From Cyanidioschyzon merolae (lineage: Eukaryota): a stretch of 64,000 nucleotides of DNA. Of the stretch, positions 10,761-21,700 are shown piece by piece. How positions within the stretch are numbered: position 1 is the first letter of the stretch; each line of letters opens with the position of its first letter. The position numbers and the translations under genes were made by a program. The stretch lies in the NCBI GenBank assembly GCA_000091205.1, contig AP006489.2; one strand, written 5' to 3'. The notes under the pieces were generated by a model. That model was not told the origin of the DNA. It was given only the letters and a program-made list of their open reading frames with translations, and ran no database searches.

Positions 10761-11676
10761 GGGACGCCTGACCGCAGTTCAGTGTCACCGCTTCGATAAT
10801 CTCCGCATATACCTTCGGTGCGACCTTCGCAGCGGTGCCCAAAATGTAGATCGCGTCTTTTGGCTGTGCATCAAGTTCAGCGACAACAGCCGAAAGCGGA
10901 AAAATCTGCACCTTATAGACGCTATCCATGCGCTTCGACCCATGACAACGAAGGTGAAGCGCACGGAGAGAATTTCGTGCAGTGAACCAGAAAGAACTGA
11001 TGGGAAAAGGAAGCAGTTGAAGAAGAAGTCTGCAAGAGCCGGAGTTGATAACCATAGGAACACAACAAAACCTGAGTACGTACATCCGAGCATGGCAAGT
11101 GGACCCATTTGCTTTTACACGTTCATATACGCATGTGTAGGCAGCTTGACGAAAGCGTCCCATGCTGGTGCCAACGCGGAAGCGCCCCGCGTGTGCGAGT
11201 TCCCGTTGATACTCAGCGCCCTTCAGGGTGCAGTCAGGAGCCCGGTGCACGCATGTCTGCGCAGACCCGTCAAATCCCAACCGACGAGACGTCATACACG
11301 AACTCCGAATGAAGTGCGCGTCCAACCGATGCGCTTCAAGGCACAGGAACGCGATTCCGTGTCCGAGCGGTGATCGTTGGTGTGTCGCATCGGGCGTCGC
11401 CGGCTGAGCTGGGCATTCGGAGAATCCATAGCCCTGGATCCAGCCTGCATTACCGTTGGTAGGACTGGCATGAGGCTGACGAAACGTTTTCATAGCTCGA
11501 GAGGAGCCATGGCGCTCGATTTCCCGGCTGAAGGCAGCAGCGCAGGCGCCCTCGCGAAATGGGCGCTCTCCATGCCGCGGGCGTCTGCCGCTCGACAACG
11601 AGATTCCTGGTAGACGAAACATGATATGTATCATATGCGACAATCATGAATCTTTCAGTCACCTGCGGACAGAGGC

Positions 11677-13065
11677 GTGTCACCGGCGACCGGCCCCATC
11701 GGAGCAGAGCTCAGATCGTACCTTCCCAACGAAACGGTGCGACTTCTCCGCATGAGCGTCTACAACCAGTTTGTGCCGTCAGTTGGAATCGAGAACCGTA
11801 CAAGTCTGCGTTATTTAACTGCGCACCATGTGCGGAACCTAGCGACGCAACCAGCTGTTCGACTTCGGCCCCGATTCCTCTCGGTGCGTAGAGTGGGTTG
11901 GGCGCGACCTCTACTGCGCCTCCGCAGCGAGGTTCCCGCCACCGTCCATGGCGCAGATATATACCATTCACCACTGTTTCGGAAGCACTGGCCATATGGT
12001 GAAGACTTGGACGATGAACCCCAGCACCCGGAGTGTCCTCACCGGGTAATCGTCATTGAACGTGCTTTACACGAGTCACAGTTACCGTTGCACTGGCACG
12101 AGGTTCCGCGTTTCCGGGAGCCGTTTGCCGCGAACTGCGCGAAACTGCTGAAAATAGTCGAGGCTAGCGGGCTCGAGGCTCTGGAAAAGGAGACGGAGGA
12201 TCCAGCTCTCGCGCGGGCTGTCCGAGCGGCCGCTGCGGTTCATTTTCTGGACCATATAGCGGAGATCCACCGCCTCGTCCATGTGCGCGGAGCTACTCGC
12301 ATCGACATGGATACATATTTGAGCGACGATACACTTGAAGTTGCCCTCATGGCTACTCGGGCTGCTTTGGAAGCCACCGACGCGGCACTGAAGGACCCGA
12401 GTCGCCTGGCTTTTGTGGTTTCGCGTCCGCCAGGACACCATGCTACCCGAGCAACCGCCATGGGCTTTTGTTTTCTGAGCAACGTCGCTATCGCCGCGCA
12501 TGAGGTTCTCAAACGCTCCGACAAGGGTGAATTCTCCAGACCAATAACCAGAATCGGTATTCTTGATTTCGATGTGCATCACGGGAACGGAACAGAGGAC
12601 TGCGTTCGACAGCAGGAACGGATCCGCTTCGTTTCACTGCACGAGCACCCGCAGTACCCCATGACTGGGGGGAATCCGAACGAACACGGTCCAAAACATA
12701 ACATCTGGAATTTTCCGCTACCTGCCGGGACCGATTGGCACAACGGCTATGCGGAAGCGTATGCCGAGGCGCTCAACCGGCTCTGCAGCGGTACGGATCG
12801 ATCGGATGTGGTTAGCGACCTCGACCTGGTGCTCGTCTCTGCTGGCTACGATGCACTGGCGAGTGATCCACTAGCTGGGTTGCATCTGAAACCATCAGAT
12901 TACAGTGAAATGGCTTTTCAGCTGATTCATCGACTCAAACCATCTACTCCCGTAGTCTTCTGCCTGGAAGGTGGATATGATCTCAACGCCATTGGTGAGG
13001 CCGTCTCCCAGACCATTCAAGGCGCGCTTCGAGCTCGTGCCGAACAGCCTCAGGCCGTCGTCTGA
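11677..13065 (+). CDS. Histone deacetylase superfamily protein (class II/HDA1- or acetylpolyamine-amidohydrolase-like)
   Basis: Catalytic motifs SRPPGHHA, GFCFLSNVAIAA, DFDVHHGNGTED, HEHPQYP, LVLVSAGYDALASDPL, FCLEGGYDL. Has a roughly 90-aa Arg-rich N-terminal extension before the conserved HPECPHRV start of the domain. Confidence 0.85.
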   Translation: MSPATGPIGAELRSYLPNETVRLLRMSVYNQFVPSVGIENRTSLRYLTAHHVRNLATQPAVRLRPRFLSVRRVGWARPLLRLRSEVPATVHGADIYHSPLFRKHWPYGEDLDDEPQHPECPHRVIVIERALHESQLPLHWHEVPRFREPFAANCAKLLKIVEASGLEALEKETEDPALARAVRAAAAVHFLDHIAEIHRLVHVRGATRIDMDTYLSDDTLEVALMATRAALEATDAALKDPSRLAFVVSRPPGHHATRATAMGFCFLSNVAIAAHEVLKRSDKGEFSRPITRIGILDFDVHHGNGTEDCVRQQERIRFVSLHEHPQYPMTGGNPNEHGPKHNIWNFPLPAGTDWHNGYAEAYAEALNRLCSGTDRSDVVSDLDLVLVSAGYDALASDPLAGLHLKPSDYSEMAFQLIHRLKPSTPVVFCLEGGYDLNAIGEAVSQTIQGALRARAEQPQAVV

Positions 13066-13922
13066 AGAGGTTCGCTCGAACAGCTCAGTAAAGGTAGCCT
13101 CGTTCAATCGTCTTGCTATGTTCGTGCTGCGCACGATGTCCTCGTTCACCTCAGAGCTGCGCACGGATGCGAATCTCAGCGCAACCGACCGATATTCAGC
13201 GAGAGAAGCACCAGTGCCGATGGTACGCTCCAGACTCGGAAGGTATCCACATGCTCCAGGAGAAAAATCTCCGACGTGAAAACAGAGCTGCGCAACGCCT
13301 CGAGTCACGTTTCGCATGCTAGGCTCGTCGCGAGGCCGCACCCGCACGTACTCAGCTTTCCCGGGTACTGTCTCCAGCGGGCAGCGACGAGCACGTACTG
13401 GTGCCGACGTCAGAACCGTGGAGCTTCACGACCCAATATGAGCAAATGCCGCAACCCCGCGCGCGCCAGCCACATGCCTCACGCACAACCGGATGCTTAG
13501 GTTCGCTTCGCAGACGCCGAGTCCGTCGTCAGCTCCAACGCTCTGCAGTTCAGGCCTGTGGTGCTGGTGCAGGCCGATCCGGGGTATGGCGGCGCAGTCG
13601 GGTTGCGGGAAGTAGTGCATCGCCCGTGCCAGTCGAATCCGGTACGCTGTATGGAGGCTCTGCCGCTGACGACAAGGCTCGTGCGCGACTACGCCGAATA
13701 TCTGACCACAGATGGTGAAAAGAGTCGTAGTCCCTTTCCATCGGTCGATTGCAAATGCCCCTAGCGGTTCACCTGGTTCAATGCACAAGTGATCTTGCAC
13801 CATAGAACATCCAGTGCCACTGCAGTCGTGTTAAGCAGCCACCATCACCATCATCATCGAGGTCTTGACTCGGAGCCTCAATCCTGTTCGTGTCTCCAGA
13901 ACAGGCACCCACACAGGTGCGA

Positions 13923-16718
13923 TCAGACGGACTCTCCGCGCCGATGCCGCGAAGCATTCGCCGTCGAGTCCTCGGTCAGATGTTGCGCTTGCAGTCGAGC
14001 CTCGAGCCTTGAGAGCTCGCGCTTCTCCAAGAGGTCCCTGATCACTGCAGCGAGCTCAAAATCCAACTGTGCAGCAGCTTCATGCATGTGCGTACGAAGC
14101 TGCTCATCGTCCAAGGCGCCAAGACCCGCCGGTAACCTGCCCCCGAGGCCCATTTTCGAACTGGTCTTCTCTCGTTTCAGATAGGGTTCATGCTTCGCAA
14201 GAATCGAACGCGGCTCCATTCCATATTTCGCGTTGTAGGCTGCTTGTATAGCTCGCCGTCTTTCGGTTTCTGAGATCGCTCGCTGCATCGAGTCCGTCAG
14301 CGTATCCGCGTAGAGCGTCACGGTGCCGGCTACGTGGCGCGCCGCACGCCCCATTGTCTGAATGAGTGCGGTCTCGCTTCGGAGGAATCCTTCCTTGTCC
14401 GCGTCGAGAATGGCCACCAGACTGACCTGAGGGAGGTCAAGGCCTTCCCGAAGAAGGTTCACGCCGACGATCACGTCACAGCTTTCTGTGCCAAGGGCTG
14501 AGAGCACCTCTACCCGCTCCAGAGCGTTCAGTTCGGAATGCAAGTAGCTGACCCTGAAGCGCTGTTCGCGGAGGTAACGGCAGAGTTCTTCAGCCATTCT
14601 CTTCGTTAGGGTGGTAATCAGGGCTTTCTCTCCTCGCTGTACTCTTTGGCGAAGCGAAGCGGCTAGGTGTTCGATCTGGCCCCGGGTAGGGTGCACCTGA
14701 ATCCGCGGATCAAGCACATGCGTCGGGCGAATCAACAACTCCGCCAGGGCACCGTCGGCGAGACACAGTTCGAATGGGCCCGGTGTAGCTGAAACAAACA
14801 CGCAGCGATGGACCTTGGTCCAGAACTCTGACTCACGAAGCGGTCGATTCTCCAGAGCGCTCGGTAGACGAAAACCGTAACGTACCAGGTTTTCCTTGCG
14901 TGCGCGATCTCCATGGTACATACCCCGTATCTGCGGAACCATAACATGGCTCTCATCGATGATGAGTAACCATTCGGGGGGAAAGTAGTCCAGTAGGCAC
15001 TCGGGTGGTACATCTGGTGCCCTGCCCGAGAGGTGCATGGCATAGTTCTCGATTCCCGAACAGTAGCCGTGTTCGCGCAACAGCTCAAGGTCCTGGGTCG
15101 TGCGTCGCTCCAGACGCTCGGCCGCGTGGTGCTGCCCTCGCTCGCGGAGCCGTTTGCAGCGGCTTTGTAGTTCAGCGGCGATAGCCTGGAGCGCCCGCTC
15201 GCGCTCCTCCTTGGGCGTCACGAAGTGCCGAGCGGGATACAAGGTCACATGGGAGCTGTATTCCACATCCGCTCCCGTTTCGCGATCCACATACCTGAGT
15301 TCGACAATTTGATGATCCTGTACATCGATGCGGAGTAATAGCTCCCGCTCATCCCACGACGGTAGCGAAACCTCCACCGCCGTATCCCTGATCCGAAACG
15401 TACCCGGATCGCGGGGATCGGCTCTGCGTTCGTAGAGCATGGCCTCCAGTTGTAAAACGATCTCGTCGAGACTGCAGACATCACCGAGTTTAAGGCTTGT
15501 CGCTGCTCGAAGGTACGTTGACGGCATGCCGAGGCCGTAGATGCACGATACTGACGAGACGATGATCACATCGGGGCGCTCGAACAGGGCGCGCGTGGCA
15601 GCATGGCGATAACGATCAATGTCCTTATTGATGCTTGCCGACTTTTCGATGTACGTGTCTGTGGCACTGTTGTAGGCCTCTGGCAGGTAAAAATCATAAT
15701 AGCTCACGAAAAACTCGACTGCATTCGATGGGAAGAATCCCCTCAGCTCACGATACAGTTGTGCTGCGAGCGTCTTGTTCGGTGCGAGTACCAGGGTTGG
15801 TCGTCCGTATTGCGCGATCACATTTGCGATAACGAAGGTTTTGCCAGTGCCCGTAGCGCCTTTAAGGACCTGGAATCGTTTCGAGGGCAAACGATCTACG
15901 AGGCACTGAATGGCTGCAGGTTGATCAGCGGCAGGTGTGTAGGGCGCGACCAGCTGGAAACGCTGATCAGGCAGTCGCGCAAAATGCTCTGCCAGTGTCT
16001 CCTGCTCTGCGCTTCTGCGAGGCGATATCGAAACGTCTGCGGGTATCGGTAGAATTTTGGTCAATGGAACAATTTGATCTGCGTCGTCGGAATAGCGGAA
16101 GATGTGCCAGCCGTGCTGTTCGAGGTGTTGTTGAGCGTCCGCGTCCAGTCGCCCGCGTCGAAGCAGCAGCGCCAGTTGTGTACAGAGTCGCCACATCACT
16201 GCATGCCGTGCAACAAGTCGCTCTGCGTCGGGTCTTTTCAGTGGCAGCTTGCGTTCTATGACAATGACCGCCATACTATCGTCCAAGTACAGTTTCATTG
16301 ATCGGGAGAAGCGAGCGTTTTTGGTGATCGCGTGCTCCGCACTCCCATTGCACACCTCTTGTACGAAGCGAACAAGTCGCTCAAATGGAGGCCGCTGCTC
16401 GGTCGCCACACGCGGATCCAAGGGACGCCCGTGTGCAGTTGCTGCAAGCACCGCTCGGCTCGCATCGTTCGTTGCGTTGCAGACGAGCGTCAGCGAAGGC
16501 CAGCGCCCGGCGCCGTTGGCGAGCAAGCGCATCACGACTGGGCCGTGGAACACCCCACCACCGATCCGCAAACGACACAAACATCCCGCGTTCCTCGCTA
16601 AACCTGACCTGCATAATCCTAAATTCCCTATGAGGAACATACACGCAAGCGCGTCAAAGCACAGACGAGAAGAGTTCAACACAGACACACACTCGACAGA
16701 GTTCACGCTGGTGCGCAA
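13923..16718 (-). CDS. uvrB: Full-length bacterial-type excinuclease ABC subunit B (UvrB) with a roughly 245-aa N-terminal extension
   Basis: Collinear with E. coli UvrB end to end. FQLVAPYTPAADQPAAI. Walker A GATGTGKTF. LVLAPNKTLAAQLY. FVSYYDFYLPEAY. IYGLG. HGYCSGIENY. IDESHVMVPQIRGMYHGDRARKENLVRYGFRLPSALENRPL. FVSATPGPFE. ILDADKEGFLRSETALIQTMGRAARH. C-terminal UVR domain LDFELAAVIRDLL. The N-terminal extension has a hydrophobic stretch ALACMFLIGNLGLC followed by an R/S/A-rich region. The exact start is uncertain. Confidence 0.9.
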   Translation of the reverse strand: MRTSVNSVECVSVLNSSRLCFDALACMFLIGNLGLCRSGLARNAGCLCRLRIGGGVFHGPVVMRLLANGAGRWPSLTLVCNATNDASRAVLAATAHGRPLDPRVATEQRPPFERLVRFVQEVCNGSAEHAITKNARFSRSMKLYLDDSMAVIVIERKLPLKRPDAERLVARHAVMWRLCTQLALLLRRGRLDADAQQHLEQHGWHIFRYSDDADQIVPLTKILPIPADVSISPRRSAEQETLAEHFARLPDQRFQLVAPYTPAADQPAAIQCLVDRLPSKRFQVLKGATGTGKTFVIANVIAQYGRPTLVLAPNKTLAAQLYRELRGFFPSNAVEFFVSYYDFYLPEAYNSATDTYIEKSASINKDIDRYRHAATRALFERPDVIIVSSVSCIYGLGMPSTYLRAATSLKLGDVCSLDEIVLQLEAMLYERRADPRDPGTFRIRDTAVEVSLPSWDERELLLRIDVQDHQIVELRYVDRETGADVEYSSHVTLYPARHFVTPKEERERALQAIAAELQSRCKRLRERGQHHAAERLERRTTQDLELLREHGYCSGIENYAMHLSGRAPDVPPECLLDYFPPEWLLIIDESHVMVPQIRGMYHGDRARKENLVRYGFRLPSALENRPLRESEFWTKVHRCVFVSATPGPFELCLADGALAELLIRPTHVLDPRIQVHPTRGQIEHLAASLRQRVQRGEKALITTLTKRMAEELCRYLREQRFRVSYLHSELNALERVEVLSALGTESCDVIVGVNLLREGLDLPQVSLVAILDADKEGFLRSETALIQTMGRAARHVAGTVTLYADTLTDSMQRAISETERRRAIQAAYNAKYGMEPRSILAKHEPYLKREKTSSKMGLGGRLPAGLGALDDEQLRTHMHEAAAQLDFELAAVIRDLLEKRELSRLEARLQAQHLTEDSTANASRHRRGESV

Positions 16719-18661
16719 CTGTCATGTCCGCCTGCCAACGGATTACAGGAGCGCGCTCCTTTGACGGGCGATTTGCTTTGCGTTTTCTCTCGGCGATCAA
16801 AAGTTTACTTTGACCATGCATCCCAGATTGCGGGATGCGTATTGGCTTTCGGAAAAGCGTCCTTAGGGCTGCGCAACACTACCAAGTTCCATGACGTAGA
16901 CTTGCATTCGGATGTACTGGACGTTTAGTACGTTCTATCGTGTGCCGAGTGCCTGCATTACTGCACCAGCCGTATCGCATATGCCTCTGTTACGGATCCA
17001 GCACGGAGACGGAACGGCTTTGCCATAGAACAGAGGGCGTCGGCTCGAGGTATGATTCATTCAACATGGAATCGGGATTCATTAGCCTGCTGGGAGCGTG
17101 CAAGCTGCGCAGACACACATGCTGCCTGCGACAGCGCGAAGCGACATACGAGGCGGATACCACGCCGACCAGGGCGATGCCCAGACGCAGCCTGTCCGCT
17201 GGCAGTCCCAGATTACACTGCGTTCCGGATGAGCTGCTGACATTTCCCTACAGGACTCGCCACTCGCGAGGGCATCGTGCACTAGCCCGATAGACTCGTC
17301 CGGCTCGCGGAACTTTCTGCCTAGAAAGAAGAGTTTCGAGGATACGGAAAGCGTTTCCCCCTCCTAGCGTTCTTCGTAGTGGGGGCGGGAAATCTTTATC
17401 TCGTTGCTGGTGAATCTTGAGTCTCTGTTCTTTGCCCTGAATAGCGCGCTCGATACGTGCGCCTTTATATTTGGCAGGAATTGAACATGTCCTGCTTCTC
17501 ATCGTTGAAGAGAAGCGCAATCCTGATCATTATCGTGTTGCAGCAAGGTGCAATGTGGATTTGCATGAAAGTCGTCGCAAAGTATAGTTGTGTATCTCAA
17601 TTGGGTTTCAATCTTTACATTTGTGGATTCAAGTGCTTTTTCGCTGTGTATAACAAAAACGTTCAAAGTGCGTTCTCTTTTGCAAAAGGAAAGAAAGGAA
17701 AGTTATGGAAGTAGAAGTGGAGGATCCTGCAGGCCTGGTGTCGGCGGCTGCCGCAGAGAACAAAAAACATTTCCGGCACCATAGGAACGGGAAAAGACGA
17801 AGAATCAACGGGAACGAGGGAGGGCGGACGTCAGACGCCGCACGAAAAACGACACTACGACGAGATGTTCGTGAAAGCTTTTCTTTCAAGCCGTATCGAG
17901 GATCCCTACAAGCAACCGTTGCAAGAGGTCATCAGAAACCCTGTCGAATCATATTCCAGGAGTGCTCAAATCTCCTGTTTAGGACTGATGCATATGACGA
18001 GGGAGATGTATCGCGGCGTGACGCGCATAGAAAGAGTCGAGGTTCCGGAGGAATTTTCTAACGAGACCTTCATCCGCCACTTGATGCTTGGCACGGGGGA
18101 AACCTCGAAGAGAAATGAGCGAGCGCATGACGTACAGGAAAATGACACCGAATTCCGCTTCAACGGTACTCGATACAAGTATGACGGGGACATTCACACC
18201 TACGGGGCGATCTAGTACCCCAGGATCCTGAGGAACCCCATGATCGTAAACTTCGACCGCATCATGATACGCTCCGTCTTTGCACTGTAACCGGGCCTCT
18301 CTCGCAAAGGGATATGGGCTATCGTCGATGGCATCACGAACGATAGTGACAATGAAGAGGAGACCGAATTCGCCGAAAAGAAGGCATCACCCGGGAGCAT
18401 GAATGAAGCTTCTGTGCTCCGTGCGGCTCTTCGAGAGCACCGTACGGGTTGGCGTTAGCCAATCCTGCAGCAAAGGTATCAGAGATGAAAAGAGATGCTA
18501 TCCCCTCATCCTGCGCTATTTCGTGTTCCTGAACCGAGAGCTCGAACGCAAGGCGGAGATGGAGCTGGATGTGGAAGCAAGTGAAAAGTCGGTGAAACGG
18601 AAGGCTGCGCTTCTGAAGAGGCGCTTCAACCTCGTTCTGGAATGCAAAAGCAAGTCGCGCT

Positions 18662-19887
18662 TTGTGGCTAGCGATTCCAGATTCCTTCGCTGCTCCAAGG
18701 AGATCTGTCCGAAATTCGATGTTCATAACAAGGAATTCACGGGAGAAAAACGGTGAGACTCATCGGAAGAATATCTTCGATTTCAAACGTCTCAAAACGA
18801 GCAAGAAAAAGGTATTCACGGTGACGATCGACAGCGATGGGGTATCCATATGTGTACATTATCGGCGGTTGAAGGCGGATCGTCCAATTGTGCCTTCGGC
18901 TTCGCCCGCGGCGAGGCACGAAGAAAACACGGAGGCGGGCCCTGGATCGTATAACCCCCAGAAGAACGACATCGTGGCAGGCGCAGACCCCGGGAACACG
19001 TATATCATAACCATCGCAGTGCCCAGGGGTGCGAAAGATGGTATTGCTGGCGGCTTGCGTCAGAAAGCCATGAGTCTTTTAAAGCACTCAAAAGCGAGAT
19101 ATTACCGAGAGTCTAGGATAATTCATGCGAGGAAAAAAGTGTGACGTAGAATGCAGCCGGGAAGGCGCACCTGGAGGCGATCAGCCAGGTGACGGGCCGC
19201 CGAGCGGACTCTGAAGCTTTTCAGGAATTCATGAAAACTCATGCTGCTCACTAGGAGGAGCTGTGGAGAGATTACGCAAAGCTCCGGTTGGCTCGTCAGC
19301 GTATGAATCTCTACTGTGGGAAGCAACATGCGTTCGCCAACTTTTTCAATGAGTTGAGCGCCCTGGAGGAGGACGAGAGTCAAACGCTCGTAGTAGCATA
19401 CGAAGCAGGGCGCTCGATGAATCAAAAACGGAGCATACCCGCTCCGTAAACCACAGCGTACAAGGAGTGTGCACAGTGTTTTGTCATAATACCGATAGAT
19501 GAGTTCCGAACGTCATATACGGACCATGAACGGGGGTATACACTTCACCGGGTCGAGATGGAAAAGTGCCAGAGGAGCCCTGTGAAGATATAGAAAAGTA
19601 AGGAGAGCTGACAGAAGAGCAAAATGGAATGGAGGGCGAAAGTTCCAGGGCTACTTGCACTGGTGAGTACAAGCGGTGGCAAGAAACGTATGGAGTTTAT
19701 GAATCTTGACTTTAACGCCGCTATCAATATCAGACGAAGTGCGATTCTGAAGACGGGACCTGCAGAGCTGACGAGAGCCAACTTTGTGGGGCAGCCAGTC
19801 AAAGTCGAGTTTTACAAGGAACAGCCGAAGCCGATATCACTCGAGCAGTCGAAAAAGGCTCGGAGGCGTCTACGCGTCGGTGTATAG
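18662..19887 (+). pseudogene. Decayed TnpB/Fanzor-like (IS605 OrfB-type RuvC nuclease) gene, copy b
   Basis: Ordered motifs in frame 1 and 2. RuvC-I-like [17 protein letters not shown] (about 18990). TS/zinc-finger motif KECAQCFVIIPIDEFRTSYTDHERG (about 19465-19540; compare TnpB VSPYFPSSQLCHDCG). RuvC-III NLDFNAAINIRRSAIL (about 19700-19745; compare ISDra2 DRDENAALNIRREAL). Spacing matches TnpB. Interrupted by at least three in-frame stops (about 19238, 19448, 19590) and a frameshift near 19145. Lies in an AT-richer island. Confidence 0.65.
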
Positions 19888-21179
19888 ACATATACGCTCT
19901 GGGTCTCACGGAAGCAAATGCAACGATGCGCTGTCCATTGGCGATACGCTGCACGCGTTTCAGGCAACGAAGGTCGCTGCTGTGAGTCACGGCAGCATCG
20001 ATGCCCACGAGAAAGGCAGTTCGATGCAACAACCTCACACCACACAGGATCGTTCTCTGCGGACAAGGCGAATCGTTCACACTGCTGCTCGGTGCCGGAT
20101 TGGCTTCAGATGCCGGCGATGATCTCTCCTCGTTCATCAGCGTCGACAGCAATCCGAGTCGCCCCGAGTCCGGGCACTGAATCGATGCAACTGTGGCGCA
20201 ACCATGTCAGATACTGTGTCGCGTTAGCCGTGAAGCCCGAACATGCAGTCATGTATGTGATGGTCTGCATCCAGTGACTGCAGCACTGCATCGGGGCGCT
20301 TTCGGGGCGTGCACAGGTGCCTCTGGGTCGATGATCCTGGCGAGCGGCGAGACGTCCGCGAGCATCCTCGCAGCGAAACAATGGTGATAGATGCGTCATC
20401 CTCGCATGGCTGCGTCCTCGCGAATAGCGTCGAGCGCGCTTGCCATGAGGCTTACCAGCATCGACCGAACAGACCAAAATCCCCAGAGGAAGGTACGGTC
20501 AAGGGCCCACGGGAAGCATTGGTGGTAGAATGCGGGCTGATGATTGATTCCCTCGATGCCGATACGCATCGCACGCGGAGGAACTCCATATCAAATGAAA
20601 CGATCCAAGTTTTCGTCACGTGAGCGAAAAGTGCAACAGGCTCGCATCGTCGGGCATACACGCTCAAGTTTGCGTCGCTTCCTGGTGTCATGAACAACAG
20701 CGTTCGTATGCGTTTTCTGAGATTGCTTCTTTTTCCTCTCTCATATTTCCGGCTTCAAACTACGTCGGTCTCTATTGTCCATCCAGGCTCTGTTGCCAGC
20801 AGTCGAATGACGTTCTTAGCCGCGGAAACGTTCCGATTTCGCTGCTTGCCGCTGTTGTCGACGCATTTCAAGTAACGGCGGTCGTTGCGATCCATGGTTC
20901 GATGGCCAGTTTCATCTTCTCTCTACACAGCCTCGGAGCGCCTTTTGTGGCGGCCAAACTTGGCAGTGATCAGGCGTTCTCGAATGTCCGCTAAACCTCC
21001 TGCTCCTCGTACGGGCGCCGCTCTGTGGCACGAGAATGCATGCTTCGCCTCTCAGCACATGCACTTGACGAACGCAGGAGGCTACCCTCGATGTCTGTCT
21101 CCGGTTTCCGCGCCCGACGGTATACACCGGGATCACAGGCTTCCTGTTGGCGAACTCCGCAAAGCGCTCTCTGTCCGTT

Positions 21180-21700
21180 GAACGCGCCTGCGAACACTGT
21201 TCCAATCGATGAAGGATGTGTGGAATGCGAAATTCTCCTAGATGAAACAACTACAGGAAAGAAAATCTTGGCTGTAGAACAAGTCGATAGATTTCGATCC
21301 GCTGACGTTTTTTAGGTAAAAAACGGTAACGCATGCTCCACTGGAAAGCATCGCTGCGGTGGTTCAAGTTCGAGTCCAGGACATTTTTCCGTGCAAACAC
21401 GAGAAACGGGAGCCTCCTTGAGCACACCCTTTGACAAGTACCATGATGCTGTCGATCGCCGCGTTCTCGATGGCTACTAAGAACCGAGGATTTGTGTTTC
21501 AAACGGAATCGCTTGTTTCAGGTGAGAATCTCAGTGAATTTTCGGTACGAGGGTACGACCTAGCCGTCAATGGATAACGTGGCGCTTTTTTCATCGTCAA
21601 TCTAGAGGCACAGAGCGCTGCGCCCTCGAGTTGCCTTTGTACAGAAAGTTCGAGAACTTGAAGCATGTGTGATTTGAGCATGCTACTCGAAATGACCGAA
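21180..21700 (+). repeat. Composite dispersed repeat R1-R2, copy c
   Basis: 21180-21440 is homologous to 10270-10560 in reverse complement. 21420-21700 is homologous to 28450-28720 in the same orientation. Shared blocks: cctttgacaag, gtgtttcaaacggaatcgct, aggtgagaatctcagtga, gaagcatgtgtgatttgagc. Confidence 0.75.

Noticed and set aside
13923-16718. Bacterial contamination or a prokaryotic operon as the explanation for UvrB, Obg and DXR
   Set aside because: All three are embedded between eukaryote-only genes (RAD18, Myb, RAD6 with a GT-AG intron, KIN17, ASF1, nucleoporin, RPA49) on one contiguous sequence. They share base composition with those genes. They have N-terminal extensions absent from bacterial proteins. 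No adjacent uvrA/uvrC or operon structure is present.
21340-21380. tRNA-derived SINE origin for the R1 repeat, based on a B-box-like agttcgagtcc
   Set aside because: No convincing A box at the expected spacing, no cloverleaf, and the repeat is better explained as a TnpB-like N-terminal gene fragment.
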